A model generated the notes under the pieces. It was given only the letters and a program-made list of their open reading frames with translations. It was not told the origin of the DNA and ran no database searches. The position numbers were made by a program, and so were the translations under genes. Source: Takakia lepidozioides (Eukaryota; Plantae; Bryophyta). From it: a DNA stretch of 64,000 nt. The stretch covers positions 83,266,001-83,330,000 of the forward strand of contig CM060731.1 of NCBI GenBank assembly GCA_030704615.1, read 5' to 3'. This document shows positions 23,996-36,556 of this stretch, in pieces. How positions within the stretch are numbered: position 1 is the stretch's first letter; each line of letters opens with the position of its first letter.

Positions 23996-24954
23996 TGTTA
24001 GAGGACTGTCTGGGACTTAGGCACTTTTACGGGATCTGTGGGGTACCCTTAATTTTTGCACAGATTGAGACCAACAGGAGCCTTAGGGGTGACAGCAGCG
24101 CACTTTAGGGGGGGTTTACACAGCCCGTCACAGCCAACACAGTCCGTCACAGTCCAACACAGCCCGTCACAGTCACACAGCCAGTCACAGCTTAACACAG
24201 CCGACACAACCCGACACAGCCGCCACAGCTTCGCACAGCCCTACACAGCCCGACATAGCCAGTCACAGCCCGCCACAGCCTGATACAGCCAGTCACAGCT
24301 TGGCACAACTGGGGAACAGTTACCATTGGCAGGGAACGACATCTGAAAAAGGAACGTGTACTACAGAGATAACGGTTAGTTAGGAAAGCGGTTAGAACGG
24401 CTAGTAAAGAGATAAAGCGGGAAGCGGAGGACTTCGGACATCACTTTGGGGGGAAGATGATCACTTCTTGGAGGACTTCGGACATCACTAGGGGGAAATG
24501 AAGCGGAGAGCGGATCTCTGAGCAGAAAGAGGGAGAGCACGGAGTAGGAGGAAAACGATCTGTTGATGCTTGATGAATGCAAGCAGTAGAGTTGTAATGT
24601 AGAGCAGATTAGAGACTCCATGGCTTCAGCCTGATACTTGATAGATATTAATCTGATACATACTTCATACTCACACTGTGTAGAGAGATCTGAGTGAAGC
24701 TGTGGAATGAATGGATGAGTTGATGGAATCCGATAGATTGCTGAAGCAATCTGATACTTAAATACCAACAGTAAGGTAACTAGCTAACATGAATACGGGA
24801 AGGAATACAAATAGGAAACACCCCCATGATACACTAGCTGTAGGTCACGACTGATTGTTCTGAGCGGGCTGAGTGCTTAGAGATTTCCAACTCTTCTATC
24901 TTGGAGTTCCCGCCTCGGATAGCGAAGGGATGGGTGAGTAAAAGCCGCGCGACA
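23996..24954 (+). repeat. LTR of copy A (divergent variant), followed by PBS 24957-24974
   Basis: TGTTAGAGG...GCGCGACA then TT-TGGCGACCATACTGGGGA. Confidence 0.8.
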
Positions 24955-25047
24955 TTTGGCGACCATACTGGGGAACTGGGTCATGAACAACCAGATGTGA
25001 CAGGCATCTGGTGAGATCATGGTGGATGGAGAATTAAAGAATTTGAT

Positions 25048-25542
25048 GTGAATCAAATTCCCTGTGAAACTGAGAAGGAAAGATTGTCCAAACGATTCTT
25101 TCAGAGGTTCTTGGAATTGCCAGACGGCTGTAAAGAAAACATTCTTAAGAGAGTGCATGATGCTGACCCTGAGTGGGGTCTGGAGAAAGGAGTGATAAAG
25201 ATTTATCAGGTGGCCTGTAGAGGAAGAGCACGTTGGTTACCAACACTGGTTTATGTGATAGCATTGCTATCCATTAAGCGAGTAGAGTTTGAAGGCTGGG
25301 AGGAAAGAAAGGTGAATGTTTATACTCATATGCATGAAGAGCTTGTACTGGTAAAGAATTGGATTCCAAAGGATATTTTGTGGATCAAACTCACACCAAG
25401 AACAACTTTCCAGACTTGTTTGCCATATGGTTATATGGTAACGGAGACTTCTAGTATAGCCAAGGGTGCATTGAAGCTTGAAAGAAACCTAGGCATATAC
25501 GAGAGATATTACAGAAGAGAGTTTTGGTTATTGCCACATTAA
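25048..25542 (+). CDS. ORF0 (pre-gag ORF of unknown function), copy A
   Basis: Same protein found in copies B, C, D and E. Confidence 0.65.
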   Translation: MNQIPCETEKERLSKRFFQRFLELPDGCKENILKRVHDADPEWGLEKGVIKIYQVACRGRARWLPTLVYVIALLSIKRVEFEGWEERKVNVYTHMHEELVLVKNWIPKDILWIKLTPRTTFQTCLPYGYMVTETSSIAKGALKLERNLGIYERYYRREFWLLPH

Positions 25543-26645
25543 AAGAAATGAAAGACATGGGACATGAGTGATGAAAGAGAAGCTAGACGCCAGAGATATT
25601 CAGCAAAAAGAGAAAGCTATTTGAAAGCTAATTATCCATATCTTTGGGAGAGAGGAATAGACATAGGGGAATCATCTGGACCTCTCACACCATTAAGATC
25701 AGAGAGTACATCACCCATACCGAAAGAACTAGAGTTGGATGCCACTCCTTCTTTTTCTTTGCAAGAAAGATTAAGGGAATTGGTACAGGAAGAAGATCAA
25801 TCACGAGGTGAAAGATCTGAGGTACATCCCTGGATAAAAGATTTGACAGAAATCTTTGATAAGAGTTGGCATGGAACACCAAAAGCAGGAACTCCAGTTT
25901 TTGAAGCGGAAGGTGAAGAAGGAGGAGAGGATGTGGCAGAGCCAACGGAGAGTTCAGACTCTCCAACACCATTGCAGTTGAGTTACATGAGTGAAGAAGA
26001 AACCCAAGGGCAGAACTTGGAGGATGAAAATAGAGAAAAGAAATTGGAAGATGAAGAGTATGAAGAAGTAGACCCAACAGCTGAGGTTGAGACTACAACC
26101 AGGACATCCCAACCCGTTGGACCTGGATCAAGTGGAGCACTTGGATCACAGGCCAACGAAGGTGTCGGCTCAGGGGGAGCAAGCGGGCTGCCTGGATCTG
26201 GCTCTGGGGGGACAAGGAGTGTGGGAAGTAGTGCAACTGGAGCTGGGAATACTGTGAATATCGTGGGGCCAGTAGCAGGGAGTACTCAAGGGCCACCGCT
26301 TGGTGGAAGATCCACCACAACAACAACAGGTCCTGAAGGACCAGCACCAGCAAGGGTGCCAGCACCTGTCAGTGCGCAGAAGGTAGGGCCACAGATGGCG
26401 TTACAACCAACACGGGCAAAACCACATTTTCCAATATATTCGGGGAAAGGGGATCCCGATGTACACATTAGCCAATTTGAGCACATGTGTATAGTGAATA
26501 ATGAGAATGGCGATGATGCCAAGATGAGATTGTTTCCTTGTTCACTTATCAAGAAAGCAAGTGAATGGTATGCAAGATTCCCTGATAATCATTTCCTAAC
26601 CTGGAAAGGCTTGAATACAGATTCCGAAATAGGTTCAGGACAAGT

Positions 26646-27750
26646 CCCCCATTTGGAAGGCGAGGAAAGATTTGGATCATGCAAAAGGAAATTGAACACT
26701 CCTCCAGGGTCGGATGGAGATTCCCATTGGCCGGACAGGATCAATTTCTCTGTACCAAAGGTGTCTCCAGTGCAGACTAAGTCGTGTGCCCGCCCCTTCC
26801 CAGGTGGGTCCTCCTCCAGTGGAGCAGGTGCAGATCATGCAAACACAGCAGCAGGAATCCCATTGGAGGAGGTGGTGGCCATGGTGCATGAATTTGATTG
26901 CATTGATAGTGAGTGGCATATAGAACGCACCCCACCAGGATCTAGAGTGGCTTGCATGGCAATTCGGACCCCCTCTTTCAAGAAATGTAAATAAAAAATA
27001 TGCAAAGGCTCCAGGGGGACTCCAACTCCAACATTCACAGGGTTGTTCCGACCTTATCATAGTGGGGAGTCAAAGGACCACAAGTTCTGGTTCTGCCCAG
27101 ACGATATGGCACGATGCGTCAAGGGAACAGTTCGTCCTTCGGTGATAATGAAGCCCCCTCCCCCCGCAATTTGGCCTGTCAATCTTGGGACGTCGCTGTC
27201 ATCAACTGAGATAAGCATGCTGGAGGAGGGAGGTTCTGTCTTGCACGTCCCGGGTGGTGCCCTCATGCACTGTCGGCACAGATGTGCCACATGCTCCGGC
27301 AATGCCTCCACCTGGTGCCGACTCCCACCCAACAAAAGAGATGGAAAAACAGTGCGCCGTGTCGCTTCGGGTGCAGATCACGAATGCAGATGGAATCGGA
27401 TAGAATTTTGCAGGCTCGGGTGACTCGTATCACCGAAGTCCCTGCCCCGGGGTATGGACGGATTTACACAGTGCTGTCTATTGGCTCAGTTCTTCATGGC
27501 AAAGAATATCAGGTTATCGTGGGGAATTTCCCTACGTGCACTTGTCTGGATTTTGTAACGATGCGTGATGGCGCTCTCGGCATGAGAGGGAAGTGGGTCC
27601 CCTGCAGGCATCAATATACATATACCTTGTAATTATGTGCTGCGACGGTAAGAGAGACCAATTCATTCACCAAGCCACACTAGGCTACGGAGAAGTCATC
27701 ACCCTTCTACAGCGGGACACCTCACGTAGGGCTCCGCCAAATTCTCTTTG
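26646..27750 (+). pseudogene. Cys-rich/SWIM zinc-finger protein fragment, probably the C-terminus of a MULE-like transposase
   Basis: YQVIVGNFPTCTCLDF...GKWVPCRH (CxC..CxH SWIM); upstream WHIERTP..C..KKC and FWFCPDD..RCV; stops and frameshifts. Confidence 0.7.
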
Positions 27751-28608
27751 AACACATATGAGCCATGCCCGCTTCCCATGCTGGTTTCCAGGTTACCGTG
27801 TGAAGACTTTGCATTTAGGACAAACACATACATTTCGTTCACGGAACCAGGACAAATGCACATGCCATTCATTGTAAGCGTCTATCTGTGAATTGAAATA
27901 AAGTGTGTCAATCATTCTGAGCTCAAATCTGCCATATTTTCATTTTCCTCTTTTTGTGCAGGCATTGCAGACATGGTGCATGGTGGCCCCCTTTGTTTTG
28001 TCCACGGTAATAGGCCCTCTTCCTGCAATCCTCGCCTATAGGACCTGCTTTTCCAGCAGATTTGTGCCGCTCATGCTTCCCTGAAGCGTGAGCTCAGCTC
28101 CCAGGCTCACGGGGCTGGGCTCACGCCGTAGCTATGCTGGTGTGGTTATGCTGTTGTATTAAACCAGCCAGACTATATTACGTTCATTCCATTACTCCTT
28201 GACTCATCCAAATAACCAACACCACCGGACAACGCTACCGCATGAGCGTGTGACCGTAGGGTGAGGTGGCGCGAGCGCAGCATAGGGACACACTGACGTG
28301 GCGAGGGCCTGCTGACATGTCGTTATTCTGCTGACATGGCAATCAACAAAATGAGGTGGCATTTGGACAACGTGGCGGATGCCATGTCAACATAAACATA
28401 TAGCACCTATAGCCAAGGGGCCTATAGCCGTGGCATTGATTCATCCAAAACACCAAAAATGAAAATCCAGGAACGACTTGTGAAAGCATTCGCATCCATT
28501 CCATTTATTTTGCAACAACTACACACAAGAAATGGCACACATTGCACAACATAATTGGAGGCTGCACTGGTACCAAATATACGAAGGGACATCAAGTTCA
28601 AGTTTCAA

Positions 28609-29690
28609 TCATGTGAAATCCAGTAATGGAAATTGCAGATGACCACCTTCATATACAGAGGTCAATATGCATGGTGAGTACTGGGAGGTTATGAAGAAGC
28701 AGGCCTTCGACCTCGCGTCGTGGTGGTTCCCTTGGCACATTGAGTGGCTAGAATAGGACTTTGGCAAGAGGTGGGAGTTTGTGAAGGAGATAGACCGCCA
28801 GTTTCCGGGCAAGTGGAGTGCCACAAGGCTGATGGAGATGGTGGGGCGGAGCTTGAAGGCGGGCAAATCAAATGCCTTTTCTATTTTTCCTTGTAGGGGA
28901 CACCAAAGGCCATCGTCATCACAAACGCACTGTTGCCTTGGAGCAGTGCTAAGCCATCCGTGTTTCGTCTGAGCAGCTCCACCTTGAGAAGCCCGGACCA
29001 GAATTTGCTGCCATGTTTGGTGTATGCAATGATTGGTGCATACAGGATGTTTCCTAGCGGAATTCCCATCTCCTCGAAACGTTTGCGGGCCCAATAGAGG
29101 GCTTGCTCCTTGGGTTGTTAGTGTCCCTATCAAAATGAAGGACGTGGGGAGGCCAAAGGATGGATCCACTTGCGTACCTTTAGATAGCTGCGTCAATGGG
29201 TAGAGCTGACCTTCGCGCCTGTCCTGGGAAGAACAACTGGGGTACATGTGGGTATGCCTTCTGTGTGTGAATCATCTCATGAATTTCTGAGGTACGGAGG
29301 CCAAGGTGTTGAAGCTCGAAGGGGAGCGGATTTCCTCTGTCAGGGGGAGAGCCGCGTCGATCGCAACTTGCTCAAGTGCCTGATACCCCATCCATAGTTG
29401 AGGGGTACGTTGAGAATTGGAGGTGTTTGCTAACTGAAGAAGACCCTGTGCGAAGAGGCATTTGGATTTTTTGGGGTCGGAGTGGTTGCTGTCAGCTTTG
29501 CTGTCAAAATCATTGGAGTTGCGTTTGGAGCGTGGGTTGAGTGTGAGCAGTTCCGCCGGTGAGGTAAGTGTGGTTGGTTGAGGTGCATGCAGCTGCTCGG
29601 GTGTTCGTGACTGTGGCAGTGGCGAGGTTGTGAGGCCTCGGTGGCACCACAACCTTTGCCAAGTCCAGGTCTCTTGCCCCCCGGGATTTT
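28609..29690 (-). pseudogene. Decayed ORF, tentatively the N-terminal region of a non-LTR element
   Basis: Frameshifted MGIPLG..PIIA..FWSGLLKVELL..DGLALLQG..AFVM..KIEKAF; the assignment rests on recalled similarity only. Confidence 0.35.
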
Positions 29691-29982
29691 TTTTTTTTTT
29701 TCCCACCCTCTCCCTTCTTTGCATCCTCCTTCCCCTGCTCCTTTGTTACCCCACTTCCCTCCCCCGCATGCCCATGAGCCCCTTCATCTCCACAAGATTT
29801 TGCTGTTACCTGACAGAAATGTATAGCTCTGGCTGAGGAACTAGTCAATTTGACCACTTGGGCCCTGATGCCTCTTTGAAGCACAAAGGAGCTTGCCCTC
29901 GGTGGTTCCTTAGGTCACATACTAGACTGCCGGTAGATCCAAATCTAAACTTACCATTTTACAGCACCTCTCATTGGGGGGC

Positions 29983-32420
29983 GAGGATGAAGTGTATGGA
30001 AGTTTACAACAGTTAAAGCAAAAGAAGCATGAAACTGTTGAGGAGTATATGGAAAAGATGGAATTGATGATGAAAAAGCTGGCTGCTGTACCAGCACCAG
30101 GTTTACAGAAGACTTGGTTTGTGAGTGGACTAAGACCAGAGTTGCAAAAGAAAGTGGATATGTTACCTCATAATACAGTGGAGGAGGCATTTGAAACTGC
30201 AAATAGAATTGAGCAATTGGGAATGCTCATGAGAGAGAAAAGGGATGATGAGGACTCTGAGGATGAGTCAGATGAAGAAGAAGAGCAAGAACTAAAAAGG
30301 AAGAGTAAGAGAAAGGAGAAGTTGAAGAGGGATAACTATAAGAAAAGATTAGAAGAAATCTTGAAGAAGTATGCCACAGAGGCTACAACACATTGGAGGA
30401 AGGGTGTTTGGTGTGCAAAGTGCCAGAATGAAGGCCATACCACCATAGAATGCCACATGAAGGAGAAACACTATACTATCTGTAAAATGGATAACCATTC
30501 TACTGAGAATTGTTACTACAACAGAAGGACAGCTGCAAGAGAACCTAGGCAAGTAAGGGTGCATCAAGTGCAGCCCCAGCCAAGAAGAAACAATGATCAT
30601 GACCACTATGATAGGCCTGGTGGTTATAACAATAGCATGGAATGGAGAGGTAATTCAAGAAGGAATTACCAAGGAAATTCCAAAGGCAACTATCAGGGTA
30701 ATCCAAGGGGGAATTACCAGCCAGGGAATCAGGATTACAGAAATAATCCAAGAGCAAACCAAGGGCAAGGACCCAATGGTGAAGAACTGTGTTACTATTG
30801 TAATCAGCCAGGACATCGCAAGGCAGCCTGTTCATTCTGGATTAGACACCAAAATGAGATGAGAGCTCCTGTGAATGAGGGCCCAGTGGTGGCAGCTCAC
30901 ATGGTTAGGCCATGTGTTGTACCAGAAGTAAGTACATAGTAACAAGAAGTAAAGCCAAACTAATACCTCCAGTAGTTGAGGAAGATGATGATAATGAAGG
31001 TGGCAGTGATATGCCTGAAGATGATGAGGCTTGGAGAGATGAGAAGGAACTGCACAAGGAAGTGGCAGATACCATAAGGGAAATGCAGAAGAGTACTGAT
31101 ATTCCTGTGGCAGATTCCTCTGATTCTGATGGAGAAGAAGAAGTGAGTGAGGATGAAAGGAAGAAAGAAGTTGCAGACATGCAAAGTAATGAAGGGACTT
31201 TGGCTGAAGTAATATGCCAGACCAAAGCAGAGATTACCATTGGACAGCTATTGGCTGTGGCACCTTATTGCAGACACAGGCTGTATCAAGCAATCAATCG
31301 AATTGCCCAGGAGACAGGAAACACAGACCTGAACAGCAAGGTGACTAGTTATAATGTGAAGCCGGAAGGGCGAGAAACAGTCATGGACTTTGATGATTCT
31401 ATGCCAGTAATCCAATTGAGAATTGGAAGCACAGAACTAACTGATGTACTGATAGATGGAGGCTTTGGAGTAAATATCATGACAGACCAATTAAGAAAGA
31501 AGCTTGGTCTAAGTAACATTAAACCAGCCCCATTTACAGTAACAATGGCAGATCAAAGGAGTGTACAGCCATTGGGATTGATAAGAGGAGTTAAGATACA
31601 GATACAGAAGATGATCTTTATGATCATAGTAACTGTGTTGAAGATGGATGAAGTCATGGAGGCTTACTCCTTATTATTGGGACGTCTGTGGCTGAAACAG
31701 GCCAGGGTATTCCATGACTGGAATTCTCAGTTACTAACCGTGCATAATGGGATGCACGAGATACAAATTACCACAAAGAAATCTAGTAGATTACCTGCTA
31801 CGAGAAGACCTTGAGGGGTCATTTTATGACTGGAGAGGAGGACTGGATGAGGAGCAGGAAGCTACCCTGTTTGCTGCACACCCAGAGTGGGAGCAGATTG
31901 CAGAGATACGGCTGGAAGGCCTAAGTTGTTTAAGAGGTATCTGCTGTGGTGTAGTGTCAGCAACACCAATTGAAGAGGAAACCAACAGTTACCCATCACA
32001 TTTCTATGAAGAAAGAGAAGGAGAAATGGAAATCCTAGAGGAACCAGCCACTGTGAGTTTACAGGATGAAGTGGTGACTGGTTGGACAATCACAGCTGAT
32101 GAGCAGGTGAGGGAAGTGAATGTGGGAACTAAAGAGGAACCAAGGATGGTGAAGGTAGGAGCTGATTTGGAGCCAGAATTCTTTGAAGAAGCTAAGAGTT
32201 TGTTCATCAAATACAGAGATGTATTTGCTTGGAGCTACGAGGATCTAAAAGGGATACCATCTGAGATCTGTCAGCATAAGATTGAACTAGAACCAAGATC
32301 AGTACCAATCAAGCAGGCAAGGTACAGAATGAATCCCAACTATGCACAGAAGGTTGGAGAAGAGATCAAGAAGTTGGCTGAGGCTAAGTTTATATACCCA
32401 ATAGAGTATACAACTTGGTT
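29983..32420 (+). pseudogene. gag C-terminus, aspartic protease and RT N-terminus of copy A
   Basis: CCHC knuckles, VLIDGGFGVNIM, LLLGRLWL, DVFAWSYEDLKGI. Confidence 0.9.
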
Positions 32421-32421
32421 T

Positions 32422-32438
32422 GAGGGGGGAAGGGGTAA
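32422..32438 (+). other. Polypurine tract
   Basis: GAGGGGGGAAGGGGTAA immediately before TGTTAGAGG. Confidence 0.85.
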
Positions 32439-35400
32439 TGTTAGAGGACTGTCTGGGACTTAGACACTTATACGGGATCTGTAGGGTACCCTTAATTTTT
32501 GCATAGACTGAGACCAACAGGAGCCTTAGGGGTGACAGCAGCGCACTGTAGAGGGGGGTTACACAGCCCGTCACAGCCCACACAGCCCACACAGCCCGTC
32601 ACAGTCGACACAGCCAACACAGCCCGTCACAGCCGACACAGCCACACAGACCGTCACAGCCGACACCCAGCCCCACAGCCCGTCACAGTCACACACCAGT
32701 CACAGCCCGTCGCAGTTTCACACAGCCAGTCACAGCTTGACACAGCTATCACGACCCATAGGGAACGGAGAGCAGGACAGGGAACGACTGTGGGGAACAA
32801 CACCTGCAAGTGGAACATGTTAGTTCCACGGACGACGGTTAGTGAGGAAACGGTTAGAGCCACGGGTAGGAAGATAAAGGGAGAAGCAAGGACGGAGAGT
32901 GGGGGATTCTTGGAAGCACTTGAGGGGGAGATCGGGCGGAGAGGAAGATCGGAAGCCAAGATGGAGAGCGCGGTGAAGAAGGAACGAGGATTAGTAGATG
33001 CTTGTTATATGCAAAGCGATAGTGATATAGTAGAGCAGATTGGAGACACAATGGCTTCGGCCTGATACCTGATAAATCCTAATCGGATACTTATACGATA
33101 CAATCACACTGTGTAGAGAGATCTGAGTGAAGCTGTGGAATGAATGGATGAGTTGATGGAATCCAATAGATTGATAAAGCAAACTGATACTTAATTATCA
33201 ATGGTAAGGTAGCTAACATGAATGCCAAAAGGAAACAAATAGGAAACACCCCCATGATACACTAGCTGTAGGTCATGACTGATTGTTCTGCGCGGGCTGA
33301 GTACTTAGAGATTTCCAACTCTTCTATCTTGGAGTTTCCGCCTCGGATAGCGAAGGGATGGGTGAGTAAAAGCAGCGTGACATTTGGCAACCATACTGGG
33401 GAACTGAGTCATGAACAACCAGATGTGACAGGCATCTGGTGGGATCTTGGTGGTTGGACCATTAAAGAATTTGAAGTGAATCAAATTCCCTGTGGAACGA
33501 AGGAAGAAAGATTGTCCAAACAATTCTTTCAAAGGTTCTTGGAATTGCCAGACGGTTGTAAAGAAAATATTCTTAAGCGAGTGCATGATGCTGATCCGGA
33601 ATGGGGTCTGGAGAAAGGAGTGATAAAATTTATCAGGTAGCCTGTAGAGAAAGCACGTTGGTTACCAACATTGGTTTATGTGATAGCATTGCTATCCATT
33701 AAGCGAGTAGAGTTTGAAGGCTGGGAAGAAAGAAAGGTGAATGTTTATACTCATATGCATGAAGAGCTTGTACTGGTAAAGAATTGGATTCCAAAGGATA
33801 TTTTGTGGATCAAACTCACACCAAGAACAGCTTTTCAGACTTGTTTGCCATATGGTTATATGGTAACGGAGACTTCTAGTATAGCCAAGGGTGCATTGAA
33901 GCTTGAAAGAAACCCAGGCATATATGAGAGATATTACAGAAGAGAGTTTGGGTTATTGCCACATTAAAAGAAATGAAAGACATGGGACATGAGTGATGAA
34001 AGAGAAGCTAGACGCCAGAGATATTCAGCAAAAAGAGAAAGCTATCTGAAAACTAATTATCCATATCTTTGGGAGAGAGGAATAGACATAGGGGAATCAT
34101 CTGGACCTCTCACACCATTAAGATCAAAGAGTACATCACCTATACCGGAAGACACTAGAGTTGGATGCCACTCCTTCTGTTTCTTTGGCAAGAAAGATTA
34201 GGGAATTGGTACGGGAAGAAGATCAATCACGAGGTGAAAGATCTGAGGTACATCCTTGGATAAAAGATTTGACAGAAATCTTTGATAAGAGTTGGCATGG
34301 AACACCAAAAGCAGGAACTCTCCAGTTTCTGAAGCAGAAGGTGAAGAAGGAGAAGAGGATGTGGCAGAGCCAACGGAGAGTTCAGACTCTCCAACACCAT
34401 TACAGTTGAGTTACATGAGTGAAGAAGAAACCCCAGCACGAACTTGGAGGATGAAAACAGAGAGAAGAAATTGGAAGATGAAGAATATGAAGAAGTAGAC
34501 CCAACAGCTGAGGTTGAGACTACAACCATGACATCCCAACCCGTTGGACCTGGATCAAGTGGAGCACTTGGATCACAGGCCAACGAGGTGTCGGCTCAGG
34601 GGGATCAGGCGGGCGGCCTGGATCTGGCTCTGGGGACAGGGAGTGTGGGAGTAGTGCAACAAAGCTGGGAATACTGTGAATATCGTGGGGCTAGAAGCAG
34701 GGAGTGCTCAAGGGCCACCACTTGGTGGAAGATCCACCACAAAAAAATAGGTCCAGAAGGACCAGCACCAGTAAGGGTGCCCAGCACCTGTTAGTGGGCA
34801 GAAGGTAGGGCCACAGATGGCGTTACAACCAACACGGGCAAAACCACCCTTTCCAATATATTCAGGAAAAAGGGATCCCGATGTACACATTAGCCAATTT
34901 GAGCACATGTGTATAGTGAACAATGAGAATGGCGATGATGCCAAGATGAAGATTGTTTCATTGTTCACTCATCAAGAAAGCAAGTGAATGGTATGCAAGA
35001 TTCCCTGATAATCATTTCCTAACCTGGAATGGCTTGAGTACAACATTTCGAAATAGGTTGAGGACAAGTAAAACTTAAGATGAAGTGTATGGAAGTTTAC
35101 AACAGTTAAAGCAAAAGACGCATGAAACTGTTGAGGAGTACATGGGAAAGATGGAATTGATATGAAAAAGCTGGCTGCAGTACCAGCACCCGGTTTACAG
35201 AAGACTTTGTTTGTGAGTGGACTAAGGCCAGAGTTGCAAAAGAAAGTGGATATGTTACCCCATAATACAGTGGATGAGGCATTGAAACTGCAAACATAAT
35301 TGAGCAATTGGGAATGGTCAGGAGAGAGAAAAGAGATGATGAGGACTCTGAGGATGAGTCAGATGAAGAAGAAGAGCAAGAACTAAAAGAAAGAGTAAGA

Positions 35401-36056
35401 GAAAGGAGAAGTTGAAGAGGGATAACTATGGAAAAAAATTGGAAGAATCTTGAGAATATGCCACAGAGGCTGCAACACATTGGAGGAAGGGTGTATGGTG
35501 GTGCAAAGTGCCAGAATGAAGGCCATACCACCACAGAATGCCACATGAGGAGAAACACTATACTATCTGTAAAATGGATACCATTCTACTGAGAATGTTA
35601 CTACAACGAAGGACAGCTGCAAGAGAACCTAGGCAAGTAAGGGTGCATCAGGTGCAGCCCCAGCCAAGAAGAAACAATGATCAGGACCACTATGGTAGGT
35701 CTGGTGGGTATAACAATGGCATGGAAGGGAGAGGTAATTCAAGAGGGAATTACCAAGGAAATTCCAGAGGCAACTATCAGGTAATCCAAGGGGGAATTAC
35801 CAGCCCGGGAATCAGGATTATAGAAATAATCCAAGAACAGACCAAGGGCGAGGACCCAATGGTGAAGAACTATGTTACTATTGTAATCAGCCAGGACATC
35901 GCAAGGCAGCCTGTTCATTCTTGATAAGACACCAGAATGAGATGAGAGCTCCTGTGAATGAGGGCCCAGTGGTGGCAGCTCACATGGTTAGGCCATGTGT
36001 TGTACCAGAAGTAAGTACAATGATAGTACAAGAAGTAAAGCCAAACTAATACCTCC
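32439..36056 (+). mobile_element. Gypsy copy B: LTR 32439-33382, PBS 33385-33402, ORF0 and gag; runs into the gap
   Basis: Collinear with copy E; many 1-bp indels. Confidence 0.92.
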
Positions 36057-36556
36057 NNNNNNNNNNNNNNNNNNNNNNNNNNNNNNNNNNNNNNNNNNNN
36101 NNNNNNNNNNNNNNNNNNNNNNNNNNNNNNNNNNNNNNNNNNNNNNNNNNNNNNNNNNNNNNNNNNNNNNNNNNNNNNNNNNNNNNNNNNNNNNNNNNNN
36201 NNNNNNNNNNNNNNNNNNNNNNNNNNNNNNNNNNNNNNNNNNNNNNNNNNNNNNNNNNNNNNNNNNNNNNNNNNNNNNNNNNNNNNNNNNNNNNNNNNNN
36301 NNNNNNNNNNNNNNNNNNNNNNNNNNNNNNNNNNNNNNNNNNNNNNNNNNNNNNNNNNNNNNNNNNNNNNNNNNNNNNNNNNNNNNNNNNNNNNNNNNNN
36401 NNNNNNNNNNNNNNNNNNNNNNNNNNNNNNNNNNNNNNNNNNNNNNNNNNNNNNNNNNNNNNNNNNNNNNNNNNNNNNNNNNNNNNNNNNNNNNNNNNNN
36501 NNNNNNNNNNNNNNNNNNNNNNNNNNNNNNNNNNNNNNNNNNNNNNNNNNNNNNNN
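36057..36556. other. Assembly gap (500 N)
   Basis: N run. Confidence 1.

Larger units (their letters stand above)
23996..32438 (+). mobile_element. Gypsy family copy A: LTR, PBS, ORF0, gag (interrupted at 26646-29982), protease and RT start, then a deletion to the PPT
   Basis: Collinear with copy E; RT breaks off at YPIEYTTW and is joined to GAGGGGGGAAGGGG. Confidence 0.9.

Noticed and set aside
31805-31835. Excision footprint in copy A at the site where a TIR end abuts copy F
   Set aside because: The small local change (GTCATTTTATGAC vs GTCAGAGAGTATGAC) is in a different copy and could be chance; no supporting TSD
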